Below are positions 56,434 through 64,000 of a stretch of 64,000 nucleotides of DNA, one piece after another (within the stretch, counting starts at the first letter, position 1; each line of letters opens with the position of its first letter). Source of the stretch: Sphingobacteriaceae bacterium (GTDB taxonomy: Bacteria > Bacillota > Sulfobacillia > Thermaerobacterales > RSA17); contig DATGRI010000022.1 in NCBI GenBank assembly GCA_035303785.1, positions 6,913 through 70,912 of the forward strand, in the 5' to 3' direction. Under the pieces are notes generated by a model. It did not search any database and was not told where the DNA came from. It worked only from the letters and a program-made list of their open reading frames with translations. The position numbers were made by a program, and so were the translations under genes.

Positions 56434-57684
56434 TCACCTCCCACCATCGGGTTCTTCATATTGTACCATACCGGCCCCGCCGGCAGGCGAACCGGCGCCC
56501 GCCGGGGCAGCGGGCTCGGTGGGCGGCAGGGTCCTGCTCACCAGGGCCGCCAGGATGGGCAGGGCCGCCGCCACCGTCAGCACCGGCAGCAGGCCCCATG
56601 TGTCGGCCGCCATGCCCGCCAGGGCGGCGCCCAGCCCGCCCAGGCCGATGTTGGCCCCGGCGTTGAGGCCCGACACCAAGGCCAGGTTGCTGGGTGCATA
56701 TTCCTGGCTCAAGACGATGGATATGGCCATGGTGGAAACCAGCATCCCGCCCTGGACCATGAGCAGGAAGGGCTTCAGGGCGGCGGGAGCCGCCAGGGTC
56801 AGGAAATGAGTGGGCCCGATCAGGGCCAGGCTGCCCGTCAAATACCTGCGCAGGCCGATGCGATCGGCCAGGGGGCCGCCGATGAGGGTGCCCACCGCCC
56901 CGCCCAGCAGGTACAGGCTGGTGAGGAAGTTGCCGCCGGTGAGGCTGCCGCCCAGAACGCCCGTTACGTACAAGGGCAGGTAAGTGATGACCGTCATTTG
57001 GAACATGGCCCGCAAGGTGACTACGGCCAGCACCCGTATCTGGCCGGACCAGTTCACCGGCACCGGCCCAGCCTCCGTTTTCGCCTCTTCCGGCCGTTCC
57101 CGGGGCCGGGACCACAGGCTGCGCAGGGCCGGCAGCAGGCGGGCCAGCAGGACGAAGGCCGCAAAGGACGGGACCGCCGCCAGCAGCAAGCCCGGCAGGC
57201 CGAAGGCCGACATGCCCAGGGCCGCCGTGACGGGCCCCAGGGCGATGCCCAAGTTGCCGCCCACCAGGAAGAGGGACATGCCCGTGGCCCGGCGGTCCCC
57301 CGTGGTGAAGTGGGCCGCCCGCATGCCGTCGGGGTGGAAGACGGCCACGCCCGCCCCCGTCAAGGCCACGCCCAAGGTGATGGCCAGGGTGGACGCAGGG
57401 GAGCTTAAGGCCGCCAAGAGCAGGCCCGACCCCGTCAACAGCAACCCCAGGGGAATCATGATGCCGTTGCGGGCCCGGTCGCCGTAAGCCCCCGCCAGGG
57501 GCTGCAGGGCCACCGACGTCACCGACGTGATGAGGGCCAGGGACCCCACCTGGGTGTAGCTCCAGTTGTGGAAATTTTCCATGTAGGAACCCAGGGCGGG
57601 CACCGCCCCCTGGGTCAGGTCGATGCACAGATGGGCCGCGATGAGGGCGGCCAGTATGCCTCTTGTATTGGGCTGCCCACCCAT
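56434..57684 (-). CDS. MFS transporter (Fsr-like)
   Basis: About 12 hydrophobic segments; QPLAGAYGDR, GVAVFHP, MSLFLVGGNLG..LGP, GGPLADRIG. Confidence 0.9.
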   Translation of the reverse strand: MGGQPNTRGILAALIAAHLCIDLTQGAVPALGSYMENFHNWSYTQVGSLALITSVTSVALQPLAGAYGDRARNGIMIPLGLLLTGSGLLLAALSSPASTLAITLGVALTGAGVAVFHPDGMRAAHFTTGDRRATGMSLFLVGGNLGIALGPVTAALGMSAFGLPGLLLAAVPSFAAFVLLARLLPALRSLWSRPRERPEEAKTEAGPVPVNWSGQIRVLAVVTLRAMFQMTVITYLPLYVTGVLGGSLTGGNFLTSLYLLGGAVGTLIGGPLADRIGLRRYLTGSLALIGPTHFLTLAAPAALKPFLLMVQGGMLVSTMAISIVLSQEYAPSNLALVSGLNAGANIGLGGLGAALAGMAADTWGLLPVLTVAAALPILAALVSRTLPPTEPAAPAGAGSPAGGAGMVQYEEPDGGR

Positions 57685-57874
57685 TGCCCCGGCTCCTTCT
57701 ACAAAAATTGCCCTGAAACTGCCAGCGGCGCCGGCCCGGTACATTGGCGCCTTGCGGCACATAAAGAATCAACAAGAAGGGTATCAATCTGACAAGGACA
57801 TCTTCCAACGGGTGCAGCGAACCTCTGCGTACACATATCTGCATAACCTACAGGGGAAGAGGAGGCAAATTCCC

Positions 57875-58351
57875 ATGGCAGACAACCAAGGAGCCGCTCT
57901 GGCCGACACCGTGGACATGGCGGCGCCGGCCGCCTCTCCGGCCGTGGACTTCAGGCGGCTGAGCCGGAGCGAGCAGCGCCGGGTTTTGGTGGCTTTGATC
58001 CAAGCGGGCCGCAACGACGAGGAAATCGGCCGCATGTATGGTCTCAGCCAGTGGCAGGTGCGCAACATGCGCTACCGCCTGGGCATAAAGAAGGACCGGG
58101 GTGGCAATGTACATGTGGATCAGGCCGACGGAGCCGCCGCGGCCGGCCCCGGCGCCGGAGCCCTGTTGGAAACCTTTCCGGCGGCGGAAGCGGCCGGCAG
58201 CCTGTTGGCCTTAACCATGGCCGGCACTGTGACCGCCCGGCAGCTGGCCCAGCGGCTGGAGGGACTCCACGCCTTCTTCAGCAGCGTCAATCCCGACCGT
58301 CCCTTCGACGTGCGCCTGCAGATCACTGAAGGCGCTGCCGAACCTGCTTGA
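57875..58351 (+). CDS. Hypothetical helix-turn-helix protein
   Basis: GAGGAGG RBS; DEEIGRMYGLSQWQVRNMRYRLG HTH-like segment; overlaps the 3' end of ruvB. Confidence 0.7.
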   Translation: MADNQGAALADTVDMAAPAASPAVDFRRLSRSEQRRVLVALIQAGRNDEEIGRMYGLSQWQVRNMRYRLGIKKDRGGNVHVDQADGAAAAGPGAGALLETFPAAEAAGSLLALTMAGTVTARQLAQRLEGLHAFFSSVNPDRPFDVRLQITEGAAEPA

Positions 58352-59330
58352 GGTGCTCGTAAGCCGCCGGCGTGGCCTTGCGCCCGCTGGGGGTCCTGAT
58401 CACCAAGCCCATTTTCAATAGGAAGGGCTCCACCACTTCCGCCAAGGTGTCGGGCTCTTCATTGAGGGTGGCGGCCAGGGCCTCGATGCCCGCGGGACCG
58501 CCGTCGTAGACATCGATGAGGGCTTGGAGGAACTGCCGGTCCAAGCGGTCCAGGCCCAGGTGATCCACCCCTTCCAAGGCCAGGGCCGCTTGGGCGGTGG
58601 TCAAGGTGGCGGTGCCGTTGCCCCGCACCTGGGCGTAGTCCCGCAGCCGCTTCAGGAGGCGATTGGCCACCCGGGGGGTTCCCCGGGAGCAGCGGGCGAT
58701 GGTGCGGCAGGCCTCCGGCTCCAAGGGCAGGCCGATGATGCGGGCCGAGCGCTGTATGATCTGCTCCAAGTCCTCGGGGCTGTAAAAGTCCAAATGGTAG
58801 AAGAGGCCGAACCGCTCCCTCAGGGGCGAGGTCAAGGCGCCGGCCCTGGTGGTGGCGCCCACCAAGGTGAAAGGCTTCAAGTTCACCTTGATGGTGCGGG
58901 CGAAGGCGCCCCGGTCCACCACGAAGTCCACCCGGAAGTCCTCCATGGCGGGATAGATGAACTCCTCCACCGCCCGGGGCAGGCGGTGGATTTCATCGAT
59001 GAACAGGACGTCGCCGTACTCCAGGTTGGTCAAGATGCCCATCAGATCGCCCGTCCGCTCGATGGCCGGCCCCGAGGTGGCCACCAGCCGGGCTCCCATC
59101 TCGTTGGCCACGATGTGGGCCAGGGTGGTCTTCCCCAAGCCCGGAGGGCCGTGGAGGAGGAGATGATCCAAGGGCTCCCCCCTGCCCCGGGCGGCCTCGA
59201 TGGCGATTTCCAGCTTCTCCAGCACTTCCCGCTGGCCGATGTACTCCGACAGGGAGCGGGGCCGCAGGGTGGGCTCGTGCTGCAGGTCTTCCCCCTGGGC
59301 TTCGCCCCCCACCAGGCGTATGCGGTTCAT
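58323..59330 (-). CDS. ruvB: Holliday junction branch migration helicase RuvB
   Basis: LRP..L.EYIGQ, GPPGLGKTT, TSGP, FIDEIHR, PLRERFG, RGTPRVANRLL. Confidence 0.98.
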   Translation of the reverse strand: MNRIRLVGGEAQGEDLQHEPTLRPRSLSEYIGQREVLEKLEIAIEAARGRGEPLDHLLLHGPPGLGKTTLAHIVANEMGARLVATSGPAIERTGDLMGILTNLEYGDVLFIDEIHRLPRAVEEFIYPAMEDFRVDFVVDRGAFARTIKVNLKPFTLVGATTRAGALTSPLRERFGLFYHLDFYSPEDLEQIIQRSARIIGLPLEPEACRTIARCSRGTPRVANRLLKRLRDYAQVRGNGTATLTTAQAALALEGVDHLGLDRLDRQFLQALIDVYDGGPAGIEALAATLNEEPDTLAEVVEPFLLKMGLVIRTPSGRKATPAAYEHLKQVRQRLQ

Positions 59331-60007
59331 GACCCGACACCGCCCTTCGCGCGCCGGAAGATGGCTTGAATGACGTTTTCAGCCGTGGCCGGGCCTTCCA
59401 GCCTGGCGCCGGCGGCGGCCACCATGCGCTGGGCTTCCCGCTGCTGGTAGCCCAACTGCTCCAGCACCGCCAGCACTTCGTCCACCACCTCCGCCGGCAG
59501 GCCGGGCACGCCGTTGGCCCCGGCGGCCCCGGGCACCCCCGCGGCTTGCGGCGCCGGGCCGGCTCCGGCCTCCACCACGGGGAGGAAGGCGGCCACCTTG
59601 TCCTGGAGCTGCTGGATGATGGCGGCGGCCCGCTGGGCGCCCACCCCCGGCAATTGCTGCAGGAAGGCCTTGTCCCCGGCGGCGATGGCCTGGGCGATGG
59701 CCGCCGGCGGCCGGCTGAAGGCCCGCAGGGCCCCCCGGGGCCCTAGGCCGCTCACCTGCAGCAGGAGGCGGTAGAACTCCCGCTCCTCGGACTGGAGAAA
59801 GCCGATGAGGGTGGGCGTCAGGCTCACGCTGCCCACCCCTCCCTGGAGATAGTAATGGGTGTACAGGCGGACCGTTTCCCCCACCCGGGGGACCAGGGCT
59901 TCCGCCGCCACCGGCGGCAGGAGCACGCCGTAGCCCACGCCGCCCACCATCACCACGGCCTCCTCCCCGGCCAACGTATGCAGCTCCCCTACCAGGCGCT
60001 CGATCAT
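59327..60007 (-). CDS. ruvA: Holliday junction DNA-binding protein RuvA
   Basis: GGVGY, LLQVSGLGPRGA, PGVGAQRA, LEQLGY. Confidence 0.93.
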   Translation of the reverse strand: MIERLVGELHTLAGEEAVVMVGGVGYGVLLPPVAAEALVPRVGETVRLYTHYYLQGGVGSVSLTPTLIGFLQSEEREFYRLLLQVSGLGPRGALRAFSRPPAAIAQAIAAGDKAFLQQLPGVGAQRAAAIIQQLQDKVAAFLPVVEAGAGPAPQAAGVPGAAGANGVPGLPAEVVDEVLAVLEQLGYQQREAQRMVAAAGARLEGPATAENVIQAIFRRAKGGVGS

Positions 60008-60534
60008 GTCCTCTTCCCTCTCAGGCCGGCGGTCAAGGGGCCCAGGTGGCCCCAGGCCAGGGCCACGGCCATGGCGTCGGCCACATGGTCCGGACGGGGC
60101 AGTTCCCGCAGGCCCAAGTAGTTCTGCACCATGTGCTGGACCTGGGCCTTGCCGGCATCGCCCCGTCCCGTCAGGGCCTGCTTCACCCGGGCCGGGGGGA
60201 AGGACTCCACCGGGGTCCCCGCCTGGGCTGCCGCCAGCAGCACCACCCCCCGGGCGTGGGCCATGAGGAGGGCCGTGGGCGGATGCCGGTAATTGGTGTA
60301 CAAATCTTCGACGGCCACCCAGTCCACCGGATGCTGGTCCAGGATGCCGGCCACCCCGCGGTAGATGTCGTCCAGGCGCCGGGCCAGGTCCTGCCCCGGA
60401 GCGGTGCGGATGATGCCCGCCTCAACGACCCGGGGACCGGCGTCCCTTTGCCGGCCGCCCGGGAACCGCAATATCGCGTAGCCCGTGACGGCCAGCCCGG
60501 GGTCTATGCCCAGCACCACCCGGGCTTCATCCAT
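60004..60534 (-). CDS. ruvC: Holliday junction resolvase RuvC
   Basis: LGIDPG..TGY, AVE, KQALTGRGDAGKAQV, DHVADAMAVA. Confidence 0.95.
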   Translation of the reverse strand: MDEARVVLGIDPGLAVTGYAILRFPGGRQRDAGPRVVEAGIIRTAPGQDLARRLDDIYRGVAGILDQHPVDWVAVEDLYTNYRHPPTALLMAHARGVVLLAAAQAGTPVESFPPARVKQALTGRGDAGKAQVQHMVQNYLGLRELPRPDHVADAMAVALAWGHLGPLTAGLRGKRT

Positions 60535-60578
60535 GGCCCACCAGTCGCCTCCCATCCAGGGACCGGGGATTCCGGCAC

Positions 60579-60592
60579 CGAATTCATGTTCG
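60579..60592. promoter_or_regulatory. LexA (SOS/Cheo) box upstream of ruvCAB
   Basis: Minus strand CGAACATGAATTCG, close to CGAAC-N4-GTTCG, 45 nt upstream of ruvC. Confidence 0.65.
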
Positions 60593-60685
60593 CCCAACTT
60601 CTTCTTGCCCTACCGGACCACATCCTCCTTTCCCCGGGCCATCCCCCGGCCCCGGCGGGCCGGAACGGGCGCCCGCAACCTGCCT

Positions 60686-60713
60686 TTGCCGGTCATGGGG
60701 GCTATGGTATACT
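60686..60713 (+). promoter_or_regulatory. sigmaA promoter
   Basis: TTGCCG-N16-TATACT with TG extension. Confidence 0.5.
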
Positions 60714-60789
60714 GGTGCGGGTTTTCTATAAAACTTGCTAAAAACTCGATAATGGCCGCCGTCGGCGGTCATTGGATAGGAGGAGAAAT

Positions 60790-61083
60790 ATGGCCGAACC
60801 GGTGAAGGGCGTGGAAGAGCGCTTCGCCGAACGGCAGGCCGAATTGTTTGGTGGGCCGCCGGCTGTATTCCCACTGCCCATTTACGTTGCCGCGGCGTCT
60901 TACATCATTGGTCTATTGGTTCCCTTTGCGGGCTGGCTGATAGGAAGCCTTCTGCTCCTCAACCGGGAGGAGTCGGCGCAGCGGGTAGGCAAGCGCACCT
61001 TGGAATTCGCTACTTTGGGCACCTTGGTGATCCTCATCCGTCTGCTGGCCAACCGCACCTGGACCTTTACCCTTTTCGGCTAG
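60790..61083 (+). CDS. Small hypothetical membrane protein (about 2 TM)
   Basis: AGGAGA RBS; hydrophobic segments YVAAASYIIGLLVPFAGWLIGSLLLL and FATLGTLVILIRLL. Confidence 0.75.
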   Translation: MAEPVKGVEERFAERQAELFGGPPAVFPLPIYVAAASYIIGLLVPFAGWLIGSLLLLNREESAQRVGKRTLEFATLGTLVILIRLLANRTWTFTLFG

Positions 61084-61132
61084 GCGCAGGGCACCCATTC
61101 CGGCAGGCGCATTGGGAAAGGAGGTAGCTGCC

Positions 61133-61405
61133 GTGAGTCCCGTAAACGTAACACCGCAACCCACTCCCAATCCCAACAGTGTGAAGTTCACCCTGGACCG
61201 CCCGGTAGTGGTCGGCGACAGCAAGTCCTACTTCAGTCCTGAAGAGGCCGACACGCCTTTGGCCAAGATGCTGTTCGAGGTGGAGGGTGTAGCCGGGCTG
61301 TTCTTCCTCAACAACTTCATTACGGTTACCAAGAGTCCCGATGCCGACTGGAACACCGTAGTGCCCGACGTAGAAGAACGGATCAAGAAGTACTTTTCAG
61401 GCTGA
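61133..61405 (+). CDS. Stand-alone NifU/Nfu N-terminal (scaffold Nfu_N) domain protein
   Basis: QPTPNPNSVKF, TPLAKMLFEVEGV..LF...NFITVTK...DW; AGGAGG RBS. Confidence 0.9.
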   Translation: MSPVNVTPQPTPNPNSVKFTLDRPVVVGDSKSYFSPEEADTPLAKMLFEVEGVAGLFFLNNFITVTKSPDADWNTVVPDVEERIKKYFSG

Positions 61406-61418
61406 GAGCAACGGTGCC

Positions 61419-61450
61419 GCCGCCGGCCGGCGGTCCTGCCGGCCGGCGGC
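61419..61450. terminator. Hairpin between convergent genes
   Basis: 13-bp stem GCCGCCGGCCGGC/GCCGGCCGGCGGC. Confidence 0.55.
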
Positions 61451-61459
61451 AGGCTGGGA

Positions 61460-61744
61460 TCAGGCGGTTACTTCCGACGGCTCCTCCGCCGACGAAGCCT
61501 CGGCCGGCTCCTCAACCGGCTCATCTTCTTCCTGGACAAACTCCGGCAGGCAATAGGGACACGGCTTATAGCCGACGGACAAGGCGTATTCCAGCCGGTC
61601 CGGCGTGAACCGCTCCCCTTTCCCCTTGGCGATGATTTCCAACGCCTGGCACTCTTGTTTTTCCCGCAGCAAATCGTGAACGGTCTTGGTGGCGGCGTCG
61701 CCGAGATAGCGCTGGGCCTGACGGGAAGGTGTGGGCAACGGCAC
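61460..61744 (-). CDS. Small His/Cys metal-binding protein (Ada Zn-binding-domain-like)
   Basis: YLGD..TKTVH...C...I...F...A...GYKPCPYC pattern followed by an acidic tail. Confidence 0.6.
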   Translation of the reverse strand: MPLPTPSRQAQRYLGDAATKTVHDLLREKQECQALEIIAKGKGERFTPDRLEYALSVGYKPCPYCLPEFVQEEDEPVEEPAEASSAEEPSEVTA

Positions 61745-61925
61745 CGCTAACCCTCCTTACCACCGGGCTGCTGGACGTCCCGGTGCTTTGATGGGGACAT
61801 TTCCTGCACAAAAACGCAAAGATGAATGCCAGAAGGTATTCTAGCACATTCCAAGGCCGGCGGGCCCGGCCCCTGCTCCTGGTGTATACTATATTGGTGA
61901 ACATTGACGGCAGGGAGGGGCTTCG

Positions 61926-62819
61926 GTGGAAGTTGTACGCATCACCCCCAGGGGTTACTGCTACGGCGTCGTGGATGCCATCAACCTGGCCCGCCAGGTG
62001 GCCCGCCGCCCTGATGTGCCCCGGCCCGTCTACGTACTGGGCATGATCGTCCACAACCATCACGTGGTGGAGGACTTGGCCGCCGAGGGCATCATCACCC
62101 TGGACGGCGAAAACCGCCTGGCCCTCCTGGAAGAAATCCAGTCGGGCACCGTCATCTTCACCGCCCACGGCGTATCCCCCGCCGTCAAGGCCAGGGCCCG
62201 GGAGAAGGGGCTCCTGTGCTTCGACGCCACCTGCCCCGACGTCACCACCACCCACGACCTCATCGTCAACAAGGTGGCCGAGGGCTTTGAAATCATCTAC
62301 ATCGGCAAGAAGGGCCATCCCGAGCCGGAAGGGGCCATCGGCCACGCCCCCGACCACGTGCACCTGGTAGAAACGCCTGAGGATGTGGATCAGCTGAACC
62401 TGCCCCAGGGCACCCGGGTGTGCGTCACCACCCAGACGACCCTCAGCCAGTGGGACACCCAAGGTGTCATCGAGCGGGTATTGGAGTTGTATCCCGACGC
62501 CGAAGTCCACAACGAAATCTGCATGGCCACCCAGGAGCGGCAGGAAGCCGCGGCCACCCAGGCCCGGGAGGCCGATGTGGTCATCGTGGTGGGCGATCCC
62601 CGGTCCAACAATTCCAACCGGCTGGTGCAGGTGGTGCGGGAAATCGCGGGGCGTCCCGCCTACTTGGTGGACAATGTGCACGAAATCGACCCCGCCTGGC
62701 TGAAGGGCGCCCGCAAGGTGGGCGTCACCGCAGGCTCATCCACCCCCAGCCAGATCACCCGGGAAGTGATCCGCTGGCTGGAGGCCTACAACCCCGAGGA
62801 GGCTGTGGCCGGCGGGTAG
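61926..62819 (+). CDS. ispH: 4-hydroxy-3-methylbut-2-enyl diphosphate reductase
   Basis: [52 protein letters not shown]. Confidence 0.97.
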   Translation: MEVVRITPRGYCYGVVDAINLARQVARRPDVPRPVYVLGMIVHNHHVVEDLAAEGIITLDGENRLALLEEIQSGTVIFTAHGVSPAVKARAREKGLLCFDATCPDVTTTHDLIVNKVAEGFEIIYIGKKGHPEPEGAIGHAPDHVHLVETPEDVDQLNLPQGTRVCVTTQTTLSQWDTQGVIERVLELYPDAEVHNEICMATQERQEAAATQAREADVVIVVGDPRSNNSNRLVQVVREIAGRPAYLVDNVHEIDPAWLKGARKVGVTAGSSTPSQITREVIRWLEAYNPEEAVAGG

Positions 62820-62822
62820 GCC

Positions 62823-63761
62823 CTAGCCTTCCTCCTGCCCGGCGGCCCCTTGGCCGCTCATCTGCTGCCGCAACAGCTGCCATTGCTGGCGGGCCAGCCT
62901 GGACACGGCAGGCTCGGTGGACAGGTCCTGGCTGCTCACCAGGCGGCTGAGCCAGCGGCGGGCCTCCTCCAGGTCACCGGTGCGCCGCTTCAACTCGCCG
63001 ATCAAGTACATGACCTTGAGGCGGCTCATGCCCCCGGTCAACTCGACATCGCCTTGGTAGGCCGCCACGTAGGCTTCCGTCGCCTCCCGCAAACAGGCTA
63101 TCTCCTCTTCCTGCCGGTCGTTTTCCCGGTAGAGCCAGGCCAGGCGCAGCCACAAGGCGCCGTTGATCAAGTCGGCTCCGTAGCGGGGCAGGCGGAAGCG
63201 GGTGGTGTAGAGGGCCAATTTGAAGGCCTTCACCGCCAGGTCCAGATCCCGTAGGCCGGAGAAATCGTCCTTGGGCCGGCGGCCGCCGAACCCGTCCTTG
63301 ATGGCCTGCCGCTCCAGGGCCGTAACCTCCCGGAAGGCCTGCAGGGGCGCCGCGTAGCTGCAGTGGCTGCACACCCAGACGGTGTACGGGTAAGGGCTGA
63401 AGTCGGTATAGCGGGTGTAGAAGTCGGTGTCATGGCTTTCCACCTTCAGGCGGGACCAGTTCACCTTGGCCTGCTGGAAGGTTTGATCGCAGACGGGGCA
63501 AACCTCCCCGGCCACATACAGGTACTCGTTGAGCCGGCGGCTGGTGGCCGCCGTGGTGCGGGTGTAGGTGCGCAGCCGGCCGGATGTCCATCGATCCTTG
63601 AGGCGCTGGGTTTCGGCGCTGGCGTGCTTCTCCCGCAGTTCGGGCAGGGCTGAGTAGATTTCCCGGCGCAGTTTTTCGGCGCAGTGGCGGCAGTAGCCCG
63701 ATGGTCCGGCGGGAGCACTGCCGCATAGACGACAGCGGGTATCGTCGGTGGTCACAGCCAT
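62823..63761 (-). CDS. DUF2225 family protein with an extra N-terminal C4 zinc ribbon
   Basis: CPVC, DTDF...Y....PY.Y.VWVCSHCSYAA, LRLAWLYR, YLIGELKRRTG; N-terminal CRLC...CRHC. Confidence 0.85.
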   Translation of the reverse strand: MAVTTDDTRCRLCGSAPAGPSGYCRHCAEKLRREIYSALPELREKHASAETQRLKDRWTSGRLRTYTRTTAATSRRLNEYLYVAGEVCPVCDQTFQQAKVNWSRLKVESHDTDFYTRYTDFSPYPYTVWVCSHCSYAAPLQAFREVTALERQAIKDGFGGRRPKDDFSGLRDLDLAVKAFKLALYTTRFRLPRYGADLINGALWLRLAWLYRENDRQEEEIACLREATEAYVAAYQGDVELTGGMSRLKVMYLIGELKRRTGDLEEARRWLSRLVSSQDLSTEPAVSRLARQQWQLLRQQMSGQGAAGQEEG

Positions 63762-63844
63762 CTCTCCCCCACTGCCGCAGACCTTTCCGGCAAGCGGCGT
63801 TGCATCCAGTAATCTCTCCCATTATCGGGCGCCGGGGGGAATTG

Positions 63845-64000
63845 TTAAGGGGCGTCCAGCCTGCCCAGGGCCTCCATCAACTGCCGGGTGACGGGGAAGG
63901 GGTCCGGCACCCGCTCTTCCAGGGCCTGCTTCAAGGGCAGGAAGTACGTGTTGCCCAGCTTGATCTCCATGATCACTTCCATATAAGCGGCTACTACGGC
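63845..64000 (-). CDS. 3' end of a CDS entering from the right edge, possibly an HD-domain (YfbR-like) protein
   Basis: Manual translation AVVAAYMEVIMEIKLGNTYFLPLKQALEERVPDPFPVTRQLMEALGRLDAP*; resembles the C-terminus of HD 5'-nucleotidases. Confidence 0.45.
   Translation of the reverse strand, partial: AVVAAYMEVIMEIKLGNTYFLPLKQALEERVPDPFPVTRQLMEALGRLDAP

Overview
Core-genome segment of a very GC-rich, endospore-forming Bacillota (Firmicutes) bacterium. It could be Thermaerobacter/Limnochorda/Symbiobacterium-like, but taxonomy is an inference. Most genes are on the minus strand. Content in order: spoIVA-der-YIEGIA pair-rpsA-plsC-cmk-aroH; several redox and housekeeping enzymes; fixABCX with a Rex/Fnr-type operator; nicotinate PRTase, rluB, spmAB and csp; the glyoxylate shunt (aceB-aceA), divergent from a LytS/LytTR two-component pair whose kinase has no membrane domain; an NHEJ module (Ku, split LigD) directly behind sigF-type ytfIJ and followed by an atypical PRPP synthetase paralog; scpAB, trpS, lysA; the dacF-spoIIA-dodecin-spoVA sporulation locus; xerD, ald, spoIIM; pdaB; a glutaminase-dead asparagine-synthetase homolog with a structured leader and comB; ypdA; split Nfu genes; ruvCAB with an SOS box; ispH; DUF2225. 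I saw no rRNA, tRNA, CRISPR array, prophage or IS element. All family assignments come from motif recognition by eye, not database searches. Many start codons were moved from the ORF track to the nearest RBS-supported start.
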